Shown piece after piece: positions 19,564 to 28,657 of a stretch of 64,000 nucleotides of DNA (position 1 is the stretch's first letter; each line of letters begins with the position of its first letter). Under the pieces are notes generated by a model, which saw only the letters and a list, made by a program, of their open reading frames with translations, ran no database searches and was not told where the DNA came from. The stretch is from Candidatus Chisholmbacteria bacterium (GTDB lineage: Bacteria > Patescibacteriota > Microgenomatia > UBA1400 > Chisholmbacteraceae): assembly GCA_963704905.1 (NCBI GenBank), contig CAVPHZ010000002.1, forward strand, positions 75,011 through 139,010, read 5' to 3'. The translations under genes were made by a program, and so were the position numbers.

Positions 19564-21127
19564 TTCCCACGCGCTAGATATTATTACCGGTTTTTTACTG
19601 GTATTTATTCCATTGTATCCAAAGTGGCCGTTGGCAGATGTGTTGCCAGGCTACATTGTTAGACTGAGATTAGAAGATCTCATTATCGCAGTGGTTGTCA
19701 TGTTCTGGCTAATTCAGCTAGCTCGAAAAAAAGTCAGTCTTAAAAAGAACCCTCTTACCATTCCAATCATGTTATATCTTAGTATCGGATTCATTTCATC
19801 GCTATCTGCGTTATTTATTACAAAAACCGTACCACTAGAGGGATCGCATGTCGCAAAACTCTTTCTCCACTGGGCCAGAAGAGTTGAATACATGTCTCTC
19901 GCATTTATTTTTTTCTCAGCAGTAAAGACATCAAAACAACTAAGAAGAATTGTCATAATCCTCTCTGTCGTAGTGGTTCTCACTTCTCTATACGGATTTG
20001 GCCAAAAGTACATGCAGTGGCCGGTATATTCAACCATGAATAGAGAATTCGCAAAGGGATGGCGTCTGGTTCTTACTGAGCATGCCCGGGTACCCTCAAC
20101 TTTTGCCGGGCATTACGATTTTGCTGCCTACTCGGTAATTGTGCTCTCAATATTGGTGAGTCTATTGTTTGCAGGTAGTAAAAAAAAGAGCGCAAAAATT
20201 CTTTTAGTAATGGTCTTTCTCGCTGGATTTGCTTCACTTCTACTGACCGCTTCAAGAACATCATTTATTGCATATCTAGCTGCAATCACAATAGTCGCAT
20301 ATTTATTCGCTATAAAAAAAGGATTTCTCTGGAGCCTATCACGTTGGTCTGCGATCGTCACTGTGAGTTTGGTTGGGATGCTTATGTTTGGTGATCTTTC
20401 AGAGAGATTTGCCCACGTCCTCAGGATTAATCAATTGAAGGAATATGTAAATACTGAACTTATCAGCTTGCTGAAAAGCGGGCAATCATCAAAACCACAG
20501 TTCAACCTCAATCAAGATCTCTCGCTGGTATATACCGATACAGACCAACCGCCCATAAGACCCGGAAATTTGCCTTTTGATGTGTTCGAACAAATTCCAG
20601 AAGCATTTCCGGAAGCAACACTTTCAGCAACTTCAGCAGCCGATCTAGAACGGATTGCATCACTTGCCGGTAAGCCTCGTAACTACTCGCCAGCAGCTTT
20701 CACATTTGGACTCTCATCAGCAATTCGATTTGATGCGCTGTGGCCCAGAGCGATTGCCGGTTTCAAAAGAAACCCTCTCCTTGGATCTGGCTACTCAACC
20801 TTGTTGAAAACCCAGCAGACAGAATTCACAGAAGCTGAGTCAACAGACAATGATTTTCTTAGAGCTTTAGGAGAAACGGGTATCTTAGGGTTTATAAGTT
20901 TCTTCGGAATTATGGCTTTTGCATTGTATAAAGTATGGACACAGAAACAAAAAATAAAAAGTTCATTCGACTATGCAATCATAGCTGGGATATCTGGTGC
21001 AATTATTGGTATGTTGGTAAACGGACTGTATATTGATGTTTTTGAGGCTTCAAAGGTTGCCTATACATTTTGGGCTCTAATCGGATTATTATTCGCAACA
21101 CTTAATATATCAAAGAGTAATAGATAA
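19529..21127 (+). CDS. O-antigen ligase / O-antigen polymerase-like (Wzy_C) membrane protein
   Basis: About 532 aa and polytopic. A large loop carries RFDALWPRAIAGFKRNPLLGSGY and NDFLRALGETGILGF, resembling the Wzy_C R...W...PxxGxG and H..L..L.E.G motifs. The start was chosen at the internal Met; the track gives 19499. Confidence 0.5.
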   Translation: MKRIKKLSTWLDSHALDIITGFLLVFIPLYPKWPLADVLPGYIVRLRLEDLIIAVVVMFWLIQLARKKVSLKKNPLTIPIMLYLSIGFISSLSALFITKTVPLEGSHVAKLFLHWARRVEYMSLAFIFFSAVKTSKQLRRIVIILSVVVVLTSLYGFGQKYMQWPVYSTMNREFAKGWRLVLTEHARVPSTFAGHYDFAAYSVIVLSILVSLLFAGSKKKSAKILLVMVFLAGFASLLLTASRTSFIAYLAAITIVAYLFAIKKGFLWSLSRWSAIVTVSLVGMLMFGDLSERFAHVLRINQLKEYVNTELISLLKSGQSSKPQFNLNQDLSLVYTDTDQPPIRPGNLPFDVFEQIPEAFPEATLSATSAADLERIASLAGKPRNYSPAAFTFGLSSAIRFDALWPRAIAGFKRNPLLGSGYSTLLKTQQTEFTEAESTDNDFLRALGETGILGFISFFGIMAFALYKVWTQKQKIKSSFDYAIIAGISGAIIGMLVNGLYIDVFEASKVAYTFWALIGLLFATLNISKSNR

Positions 21128-21128
21128 T

Positions 21129-22577
21129 ATGAGTAAGAATAATACACAATTCTCAAAAGAGTACATAATAGTTTCAATAATCATTATTATCGGCTTTGTA
21201 CTAAGACTTTATAAAATAACGAACCCTCTAGCAGACTGGCATTCGTGGCGACAGGCTGACACATCCGCCGTTACTAGACGTTATGTGCAAGAAGGGATAG
21301 ATCTATTACAACCAAAGTATGACGACATATCTAGTATCCCATCAGGAATAGACAATCCTTCTGGGTATCGTTTTGTTGAGTTTCCTTTCATCAATGCCTT
21401 GACTGCACTTGCCATACAAAAAATACCAGATACGGGAATTGAAATTTGGGGAAGGCTCATCTCAATTCTATTTTCACTCGGATCGATTCTCGCTGTCTAT
21501 GAAATTGCCAAATGGTATTTCAGCAAATCTGTGGGTTTCATATCTGCTGCGGTGTTTGCAATCCTGCCCTACAACCTCTACTACCATAGAACCATACTTC
21601 CAGAAGTACCAATGGTGTTTTTTGCACTTTTTGGATATTATTTTTTCTTGCGTTGGCTAAAAAATGAAGATAAATTAGACTTTCTAAGCTCTGTAATTAT
21701 AACCTCTCTTGGAGTTCTTCTCAAGCCATATATCCTTTTTCTTGCTTTACCATTAGGGTACGAGGCTGTTCGGAAATGGAGAGCATCGGTAGTGAAACAA
21801 TTCTCTTTATATATATTCCTTGTACTGATTCTAATCCCATTCATCATTTGGAGAATGTGGGCTTCGCAGTTTCCAGAAGGAATTCCTGCGTACGAATGGC
21901 TACTGAATGGAAGTGGAATACGATTTCGCCCTGCCTTCTTTCGCTGGATATTCGCCGAAAGAATTGGCAAGCTCATTCTCGGGTATTGGCTACTTATTCC
22001 GTTTGGGTTAGGGATTGTGAAAAGACCAACTAAAAAAAGTGGTTGGGCATTACATTGGTGGTTGTTGGCAATTCTCCTTTATCTTGTAACCTTCGCAACC
22101 GGAAACGTAACCCATGATTACTATCAGATAATAATCGTTCCTCCGATTGCAATTGCGGTTGGTGTTGGAATTGATTTTCTTATAAGCTCCAAATCGCGTG
22201 AAATACATCGATTGGTTGGCATACTTCTATGTATTCTAGTGTTAGGATTTGGTCTTGGCTTCTCTTGGTTTTATATCAGAGATTTTTACAACATCAATCA
22301 TCCAGAAATAGTTGCTGCTGGTGAAGCTGCTAACTTCATTCTTCCACCAGATGCAAAAGTAATAGCTCCCTATGGTGGCGATACTGCATTTCTATATCAG
22401 ATCAATCGTCTAGGTTGGCCGATCGGTGGAGATATACAGTCCAAGATTGAGAAAGGAGCGACAGATTACATTACCGTAAATTTTGATGAGGAAGCCAAAC
22501 TCCTCTCAGAAAAGTGTCAACCAGCAATCACAGTTGAAGAGACAACCATCATCAGTTTACGTAACTGTAACCTATGA
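21129..22577 (+). CDS. GT-C fold membrane glycosyltransferase (family 39/83, ArnT-like)
   Basis: TM1 is followed by ADWHSWRQADTSAVTRRY, matching the family 83/39 'SWRQADTA' loop motif. 482 aa, polytopic. Confidence 0.65.
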   Translation: MSKNNTQFSKEYIIVSIIIIIGFVLRLYKITNPLADWHSWRQADTSAVTRRYVQEGIDLLQPKYDDISSIPSGIDNPSGYRFVEFPFINALTALAIQKIPDTGIEIWGRLISILFSLGSILAVYEIAKWYFSKSVGFISAAVFAILPYNLYYHRTILPEVPMVFFALFGYYFFLRWLKNEDKLDFLSSVIITSLGVLLKPYILFLALPLGYEAVRKWRASVVKQFSLYIFLVLILIPFIIWRMWASQFPEGIPAYEWLLNGSGIRFRPAFFRWIFAERIGKLILGYWLLIPFGLGIVKRPTKKSGWALHWWLLAILLYLVTFATGNVTHDYYQIIIVPPIAIAVGVGIDFLISSKSREIHRLVGILLCILVLGFGLGFSWFYIRDFYNINHPEIVAAGEAANFILPPDAKVIAPYGGDTAFLYQINRLGWPIGGDIQSKIEKGATDYITVNFDEEAKLLSEKCQPAITVEETTIISLRNCNL

Positions 22578-23764
22578 AAATCCTCATGCTCACGCCGTAT
22601 CTTCCATACCCGCTACTTTCTGGTGGGCAGATACGAACCTATAATCTCTTAAAGAATCTCAAAGATAAACACGAGATCCATCTCTATTCACTCATTAAAG
22701 GTGAGGCGGAAAAAGAATACATCTCGCAGCTGAAGAAATTTTGCAAAACCGTAAATGTCTTTAAAAGAAGTAAAAGTCCTTTTACATTACGCAATGTCCT
22801 CATGGCAGGTATAACTCCATACCCTTTTCTTGTTACTCGAAATCTACCTCTACAAGCCAAATCTGTTCTTACAGAAGTATTAAAAAGTGGGAATTTCGAC
22901 CTCATACATGCAGAAACGTTCTATGTCATGCCAAACATTCCCAAGACGTCTGTACCAATTTTACTGGTAGAGCAGACTATAGAATATTTGGTGTATCAAG
23001 ATTTTGCCAATCAATTTAAATTTAAAGTATTAAAACCTTTTCTCACCTTTGATGTAAATAAAATCAAACATTGGGAAAAATATTATTGGAAGAAAGCTGA
23101 TCGTCTTGCCGCAATGTCAGAAGAAGACAAAGATTTCATTCATGAATTTGCACCAGAAAAGCAAATCGACGTAGTAGCCAATGGAGTGGATGCAAAGTTT
23201 TTTCAAGAAGTGAAGCGGATACCATCAGAGAAGCCAATTGTCTTGTTCGTTGGTCAATTCAAATGGCTCCCAAATCGAGACGCGGTTGACTATATCCACA
23301 ATGAAATCTGGCCGAAGATAAGGTCCAAGATCAACAATTGTGAGCTGCGGATAGTTGGACGACACCCAACCGACAATATCAAAGCAATCGCAAACGGAAA
23401 AGATATCATCGTTGATGAAGGAGTTGAGGATATTAGAGAAGCATATTCGGGGGCAAATGTACTTCTTGCTCCAATTCGAAGCGGTAGGGGAACAAAATAT
23501 AAAATTCTCGAAGCAATGGCTTCAGGTACCCCGGTAGTTGCCACACCCCTAGGTATAGAGGGAATAGATGCTCATGACGGTAAAGATGTTCTTATTGCAC
23601 AGACGGCAGACGGACTAGCAGAACGAACCGTGGAAGTGCTACAAAATCAAAAAAAAGCCAAAGCAATTGCACAGTCTGCGAAAAAGCTCATTCTCGAGCA
23701 GTACAATTGGAAAAAAATATCTTCTCACCTGGATACCATTTATAAGCAATTAGGGAAAGCATGA
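22574..23764 (+). CDS. Glycosyltransferase family 4
   Basis: GRGTKYKILEAMASGTPVVATPLGIEGI signature. ATGA overlap with the upstream gene. Confidence 0.7.
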   Translation: MKILMLTPYLPYPLLSGGQIRTYNLLKNLKDKHEIHLYSLIKGEAEKEYISQLKKFCKTVNVFKRSKSPFTLRNVLMAGITPYPFLVTRNLPLQAKSVLTEVLKSGNFDLIHAETFYVMPNIPKTSVPILLVEQTIEYLVYQDFANQFKFKVLKPFLTFDVNKIKHWEKYYWKKADRLAAMSEEDKDFIHEFAPEKQIDVVANGVDAKFFQEVKRIPSEKPIVLFVGQFKWLPNRDAVDYIHNEIWPKIRSKINNCELRIVGRHPTDNIKAIANGKDIIVDEGVEDIREAYSGANVLLAPIRSGRGTKYKILEAMASGTPVVATPLGIEGIDAHDGKDVLIAQTADGLAERTVEVLQNQKKAKAIAQSAKKLILEQYNWKKISSHLDTIYKQLGKA

Positions 23765-24657
23765 TTCTTACTATTATTGTCGTCAGCTACAATACTAAAG
23801 ACTACACTCTAAAATGCCTTAGATCCATAAAGGAGCAACATCACAGCCTTGATGATATCGAAGTGATCGTTGTTGATAATAGTTCTATCGATGGCTCAGT
23901 CGAAGCGATACAGAATGACTTTCCTTGGGTTATCCTGATCAAAAACAAAAATAATCTCGGTTTTGCAGCTGCCAATAATATTGGCCTTCAAAAAGCAAAA
24001 GGAAAACTCATTCTACTTCTGAATTCTGATACAGTACTTCTCTACGACACACTGGATGTCATGATTAACATCTTCGCTGAAAATAAAAATATTGGCGCAG
24101 CAACTGCTCGCCTTGAACTTCCTGACAAAAGCCTAGACTTAGCCAGTCATAGAGGCTTTCCCACCCCTTGGAATGCATTAACATACTTTTTAGGGTTAGA
24201 ACGAATTTTTCCCAACACCGCCATTTTTTCAGGATATCATCAAACGTTTAAGGATTTTAATCTTATTCACGAAGTTGATGCAATTTCAGGAGCATGTTTT
24301 TTCGTACGCAGTCAAGTGGTAAAGCAAGTCGGTTTATTAGACGAGCGATTCTTCATGTACGCTGAGGACATTGACTGGTGTATAAGAATAAAAGAGGCAG
24401 GGTGGAAAATTTACTTTAATCCAAATGCAAAAGTAGTACATTTTAAAAAACGCTCAGGGAGAGAAAAAGAGAATGAAATACGAGGCAACCTTAAAGCAAG
24501 TACTATTCGCATGAAAACAGAAAATCATTTCTATGAAACGATGAAGGTATTTTATGATAAACATTACAAAAATCGTTACCCAAAGATAGTCAACCAAGTT
24601 GTACTTTTTGGTATCTTCGTCAAGTCAAAAGTATCAAGACGTATGGAGAAATCATGA
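23761..24657 (+). CDS. Glycosyltransferase family 2
   Basis: MILTIIVVSYNT...VVDNSSIDGS...LLNSDT; it is a paralog of the GT2 at 18679. Confidence 0.7.
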   Translation: MILTIIVVSYNTKDYTLKCLRSIKEQHHSLDDIEVIVVDNSSIDGSVEAIQNDFPWVILIKNKNNLGFAAANNIGLQKAKGKLILLLNSDTVLLYDTLDVMINIFAENKNIGAATARLELPDKSLDLASHRGFPTPWNALTYFLGLERIFPNTAIFSGYHQTFKDFNLIHEVDAISGACFFVRSQVVKQVGLLDERFFMYAEDIDWCIRIKEAGWKIYFNPNAKVVHFKKRSGREKENEIRGNLKASTIRMKTENHFYETMKVFYDKHYKNRYPKIVNQVVLFGIFVKSKVSRRMEKS

Positions 24658-25778
24658 AAATTGGGATAGACGCAAGATTTTGGGGGCTTGAACATGCGGG
24701 TATTGGAAGATATGTCATGGAGCTTATTAGCGAGCTCCAACGTCTGGATAAAAAAAACTTCTACACATTATATGTGCGGAGAAAGTACAAAAACTTTTTC
24801 TCACTACCTCAGAACTTCGAAGTTGTTGTTGCAGATGTTCCACACTACTCTGTCGCGGAACAATGGCTGGCTGCAGAGATTTTCAACAAATCAAATCTCG
24901 ATCTTCTTCATGTACCTCACTTTAACGTACCGCTGTTATACAAGCGCCCTTTTGTTGTAACAATTCATGATCTGCTCTGGCATGAAGTAAAAGGCATGTC
25001 GGTCACCACTCAAAGTCCGCTCAGATACCTAGTCAAGCACGTCGGATATCGTTTTGTTGTTCGTAATGCCCTGAACAATGCCAAAGCTATTTTGGTTCCA
25101 AGTCAGACAATCAAAAATAAATTAACAGATTCTCACAATGTTCTTGCGGATAAAATTACTGTGACCTATGAAGCTCCAGGTAGAATATTTTTCATATCAA
25201 AAAAAGATCCCTATATCTTAAAAAAGTATCAGTTACCAGATCCGTACATCTTATACGTTGGTACAGCATATCCACATAAAAATATTCTCTCCGTCATCGA
25301 TGCGGTAATAAAACTCAACAAGGAAACGAAGAAGATTGCATTGGTTATTGTCAGCGCTCGGACTGTATTTCTCGACAGATTATTGTCTGAGATTGCCAAG
25401 AGAAATGCCACCAAACTGGTCAAAATCCTTGGATTCGTTCCTGACCGAGACCTGGCTCAACTGTATGCACACTCACTCGCTCTTATCCAGCCCTCACTAT
25501 CAGAAGGATTCGGACTTACAGGTCTGGAAGCAATGTCTGCAGGGACAGCTGTGATAGCTTCAGACATTGATATTTTCAAAGAGATTTATCAGGATGTAGC
25601 GCAATACTGTAATCCGACATCCCACAGCGATATAGCAAGCAATATTGACATCCTGTTAAGTGATGACAAACGAAGGATAAAACTTATTCAAAAAAGTATA
25701 AAAAGGGTACAATCCTTCAGCTGGAAAACATTAGCCAAACAAACACACGATATATATCTCACTTCAGGAAATAGGTAA
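24654..25778 (+). CDS. Glycosyltransferase family 4
   Basis: EGFGLTGLEAMSAGTAVIASDIDIFKEI signature. Confidence 0.7.
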   Translation: MKIGIDARFWGLEHAGIGRYVMELISELQRLDKKNFYTLYVRRKYKNFFSLPQNFEVVVADVPHYSVAEQWLAAEIFNKSNLDLLHVPHFNVPLLYKRPFVVTIHDLLWHEVKGMSVTTQSPLRYLVKHVGYRFVVRNALNNAKAILVPSQTIKNKLTDSHNVLADKITVTYEAPGRIFFISKKDPYILKKYQLPDPYILYVGTAYPHKNILSVIDAVIKLNKETKKIALVIVSARTVFLDRLLSEIAKRNATKLVKILGFVPDRDLAQLYAHSLALIQPSLSEGFGLTGLEAMSAGTAVIASDIDIFKEIYQDVAQYCNPTSHSDIASNIDILLSDDKRRIKLIQKSIKRVQSFSWKTLAKQTHDIYLTSGNR

Positions 25779-25796
25779 CTTTTCCGTGATAATGAC

Positions 25797-26942
25797 ATGA
25801 CCAAGTACGCCGATTCCAAAAGTAAAAAAACAGTATTGGTCTATGACCGAATTAATAAAATAGGCGGGGCTGAGCGAATTCTGGCAGCGTTATATGAACT
25901 CTATCCCAAGAGTCCTCTTTACTCAGCTGTATATCATAGTCAGAAAGCAACCTGGGCAAATGACTGGGATATTCATCCTTCTTTTGTAAATAAACTTCTA
26001 TTTGCGAAATCAACTCATGAACTTTATCCCTGGCTCATGCCCCTGGCATTTGAAAGTTTTGTCTTCAATGACGTTGACATGGTAGTAAGCGTAACCAGCG
26101 CTGAAGCCAAAGGAATAGTCTCAAAACCAGAAACACTCCATGTGTGCTACTGTCTAACGCCCACCAGATATTTATGGCATGATCATGCACGGCATATTGC
26201 GCTTCTTCCGAAATTACTTCAGCATGTTTCATATCCAGTGTTTCACTATCTTCGTAAATGGGACAGAATTGCTAGCCAACGTCCAGATTTCATGCTGGCA
26301 ATATCCAAAACAACTCAACAAAGAATTAGAAAATATTACCAAAGAGAATCAGATGTGATCTATCCTCCGGTAGATGTGGATAAATATTCGAAAAAAAGAA
26401 ACAGTAGGAAAAATCTGCCATTTGCAAAATACTATCTTGTGGTGTCAAGACTAGTTGCGTACAAAAACGTTGAACTTGCAATCAGAGCTTGTAATCAGTT
26501 GAAAAAACATTTAATCATTGTCGGAACTGGACTTCAAATGAGAATACTGAGAAGTATTGCCGGTCCAACCATTTACTTTGCTGGTCAATTGACAGATGAT
26601 GATCTTGTTTTGTACTATCAAAATTGCAGTGCCCTTTTATTCCCGCAACAAGAAGACTTTGGTATTACCGTAGTCGAAGCTCAGGCAGCTGGGAAACCAG
26701 TTATCGCTTACAATCAAGGAGGAGCAACTGAAACAATTATAGAGGGAAGAACCGGCATATTTTTTTCCCAACCAACGGTTAATTCACTTGTTGCAGCAAT
26801 TCAAATATTCGAAGACATCTCGTTTGACAGCAAAAACTGCAAAACCAATGCGAAGCGATTTAATAAAAGTCGGTTCATATTAGAATTTAAAGATAAAATG
26901 GAGGAACTATGGGAACAACACCAAGAAAAAAACGCGCTGTAA
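25797..26942 (+). CDS. Glycosyltransferase family 4
   Basis: EDFGITVVEAQAAGKPVIAYNQGGATETI signature. Confidence 0.65.
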   Translation: MTKYADSKSKKTVLVYDRINKIGGAERILAALYELYPKSPLYSAVYHSQKATWANDWDIHPSFVNKLLFAKSTHELYPWLMPLAFESFVFNDVDMVVSVTSAEAKGIVSKPETLHVCYCLTPTRYLWHDHARHIALLPKLLQHVSYPVFHYLRKWDRIASQRPDFMLAISKTTQQRIRKYYQRESDVIYPPVDVDKYSKKRNSRKNLPFAKYYLVVSRLVAYKNVELAIRACNQLKKHLIIVGTGLQMRILRSIAGPTIYFAGQLTDDDLVLYYQNCSALLFPQQEDFGITVVEAQAAGKPVIAYNQGGATETIIEGRTGIFFSQPTVNSLVAAIQIFEDISFDSKNCKTNAKRFNKSRFILEFKDKMEELWEQHQEKNAL

Positions 26943-28012
26943 TCTTTGCCGGGGGAGTAGGGACAAGAATGTGGCCACTTTCCCGAAAAAACTCTCCAAA
27001 ACAATTTGAAAAAATTATTGGATCAAAATCGACACTGCGGCTTGCTGTAGAGAGAATTGAACCGGTATTTGGATACGAAAATATCTACATATCGACCGGG
27101 AAAAAGTACATTTCACTTGTGGAAAAGCAACTTCCAGAAATTCCTAAAGAAAATATCATTGGTGAGCCAGAGATGCGTGATGTTGGACCTGCAGTGGGAT
27201 ATCTTATGTCAATCTTAGCAAAGTCAGATCCAGATGGTCCGGTTGCAATACTTTGGAGTGATCACGTAATGGAAAATACTGATACCTTTAGAAAAATTCT
27301 CACAATTGGGTGCGAGTATGTTGCCAAGGAAAAGGATGTCTTTCTTCTTATCGGACAGAAGCCGAGATTTGCAAGTCAAAACCTCGGCTGGATAGAATCT
27401 GGAAAAACCATTACTTCGATGAATGGCCTAGAAGTACATGAGTTTAAATCCTGGCATTACCGCCCGAAGTTAAAAATTGCTCAACAATATTTTGAGAGCC
27501 AGCACTATTCTTGGAATCCGGGATATTTTATTGTGACTCCCAACTTTGTGTTTAAACAATTTAAAAAGCACATGCCAAATATGTACGAAGGCTTACGAAA
27601 ATTACAATCTTCCTATGGTACATCAAGGCATGAAAAAATAATAAACGAGTACTATCCCAACTTTGAAAAAATAAGTTTTGACAACGCAATTATGGAGAAA
27701 ATTGATCCTCACGAAGCGGTGGTGGTCTCAGCAGATTTGGGCTGGAGCGATGTGGGTGCTTGGGAAGCCTTAAAAGAAGTACTGCAGAAGAAGGAGGGAG
27801 AAAACATCGTTAAGGGCAATGTTATACTTCGAAATACGAATGACTCATTAGTATATAGCTACACTGACCAGATGGTAACCGCAATTGACTTAGAAGGCAT
27901 TGTATTGGTGGTTACCGAGGATGTTATACTCGTTTGTCCACAGGATTCTATCCCTGAGGTAAAAAAACAACTCAAAGAGTTTGAAGGAACGGATTTCGAA
28001 AAATTCTCGTAA
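26909..28012 (+). CDS. manC: Mannose-1-phosphate guanylyltransferase / sugar-phosphate nucleotidyltransferase
   Basis: N-terminal RAVIFAGGVGTRMWPLSRKNSPKQF matches the ManC/GMP consensus (A.ILAGG.GTRLWPLSR); 367 aa. Confidence 0.75.
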   Translation: MGTTPRKKRAVIFAGGVGTRMWPLSRKNSPKQFEKIIGSKSTLRLAVERIEPVFGYENIYISTGKKYISLVEKQLPEIPKENIIGEPEMRDVGPAVGYLMSILAKSDPDGPVAILWSDHVMENTDTFRKILTIGCEYVAKEKDVFLLIGQKPRFASQNLGWIESGKTITSMNGLEVHEFKSWHYRPKLKIAQQYFESQHYSWNPGYFIVTPNFVFKQFKKHMPNMYEGLRKLQSSYGTSRHEKIINEYYPNFEKISFDNAIMEKIDPHEAVVVSADLGWSDVGAWEALKEVLQKKEGENIVKGNVILRNTNDSLVYSYTDQMVTAIDLEGIVLVVTEDVILVCPQDSIPEVKKQLKEFEGTDFEKFS

Positions 28013-28015
28013 GAA

Positions 28016-28657
28016 ATGATAACGATGAAAAGAAATTGGTACTACGAATACGTCAAACGACTCATGGATATTATCTTGAGTATAATACTCATGATCCTTT
28101 TTCTTCCAGTATGGATAATCATTCCAATCCTCATTGTTATTGACTCTCCTGGTCCAGTGATTTATAAACATCGGAGAGTTGGAAAAAACGGAAAAATGTT
28201 CTCGATGTATAAATTTCGAAGCATGGTGCATAATGCCGATGAAATATTATTTAAAAAAGACAAACGACTCCTTGCACAATTCAAAAATGGTGATTGGAAA
28301 CTCGAAAAGGATCCACGTATCACACCATTGGGAAGAATTATGCGGTCAATAACCATAGACGAATTTCCGCAATTGTTTAATGTACTAATTGGAGCTATGA
28401 GTTTGGTCGGACCCAGGGCATATGTGAAAGATGAACTGAAAGAACAAGGAAAAAAATATCCAGAAACAAAGCCATGGATAACTGCTATTTTATCGATAAA
28501 ACCTGGAATAACCGGCCCTTGGCAGACATCTGGTAGAAATATCGTCCCCTTTAATATTCGAGCAGAAATGGATGCAAAGTATGCAAAAAGGAAATCAATT
28601 TTCGAAGATATAAAAATTATCCTGAAAACGCCAACGGCAATGTTTAGCAAATGGTAA
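28016..28657 (+). CDS. Polyprenyl-phosphate sugar phosphotransferase (bacterial sugar transferase, WbaP/WcaJ C-terminal-domain type)
   Basis: TM helix, then GPVIYKHRRVGKNGKMFSMYKFRSM...DEFPQLFNVLIGAMSLVGPRA, the PF02397 signature. Confidence 0.8.
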   Translation: MITMKRNWYYEYVKRLMDIILSIILMILFLPVWIIIPILIVIDSPGPVIYKHRRVGKNGKMFSMYKFRSMVHNADEILFKKDKRLLAQFKNGDWKLEKDPRITPLGRIMRSITIDEFPQLFNVLIGAMSLVGPRAYVKDELKEQGKKYPETKPWITAILSIKPGITGPWQTSGRNIVPFNIRAEMDAKYAKRKSIFEDIKIILKTPTAMFSKW

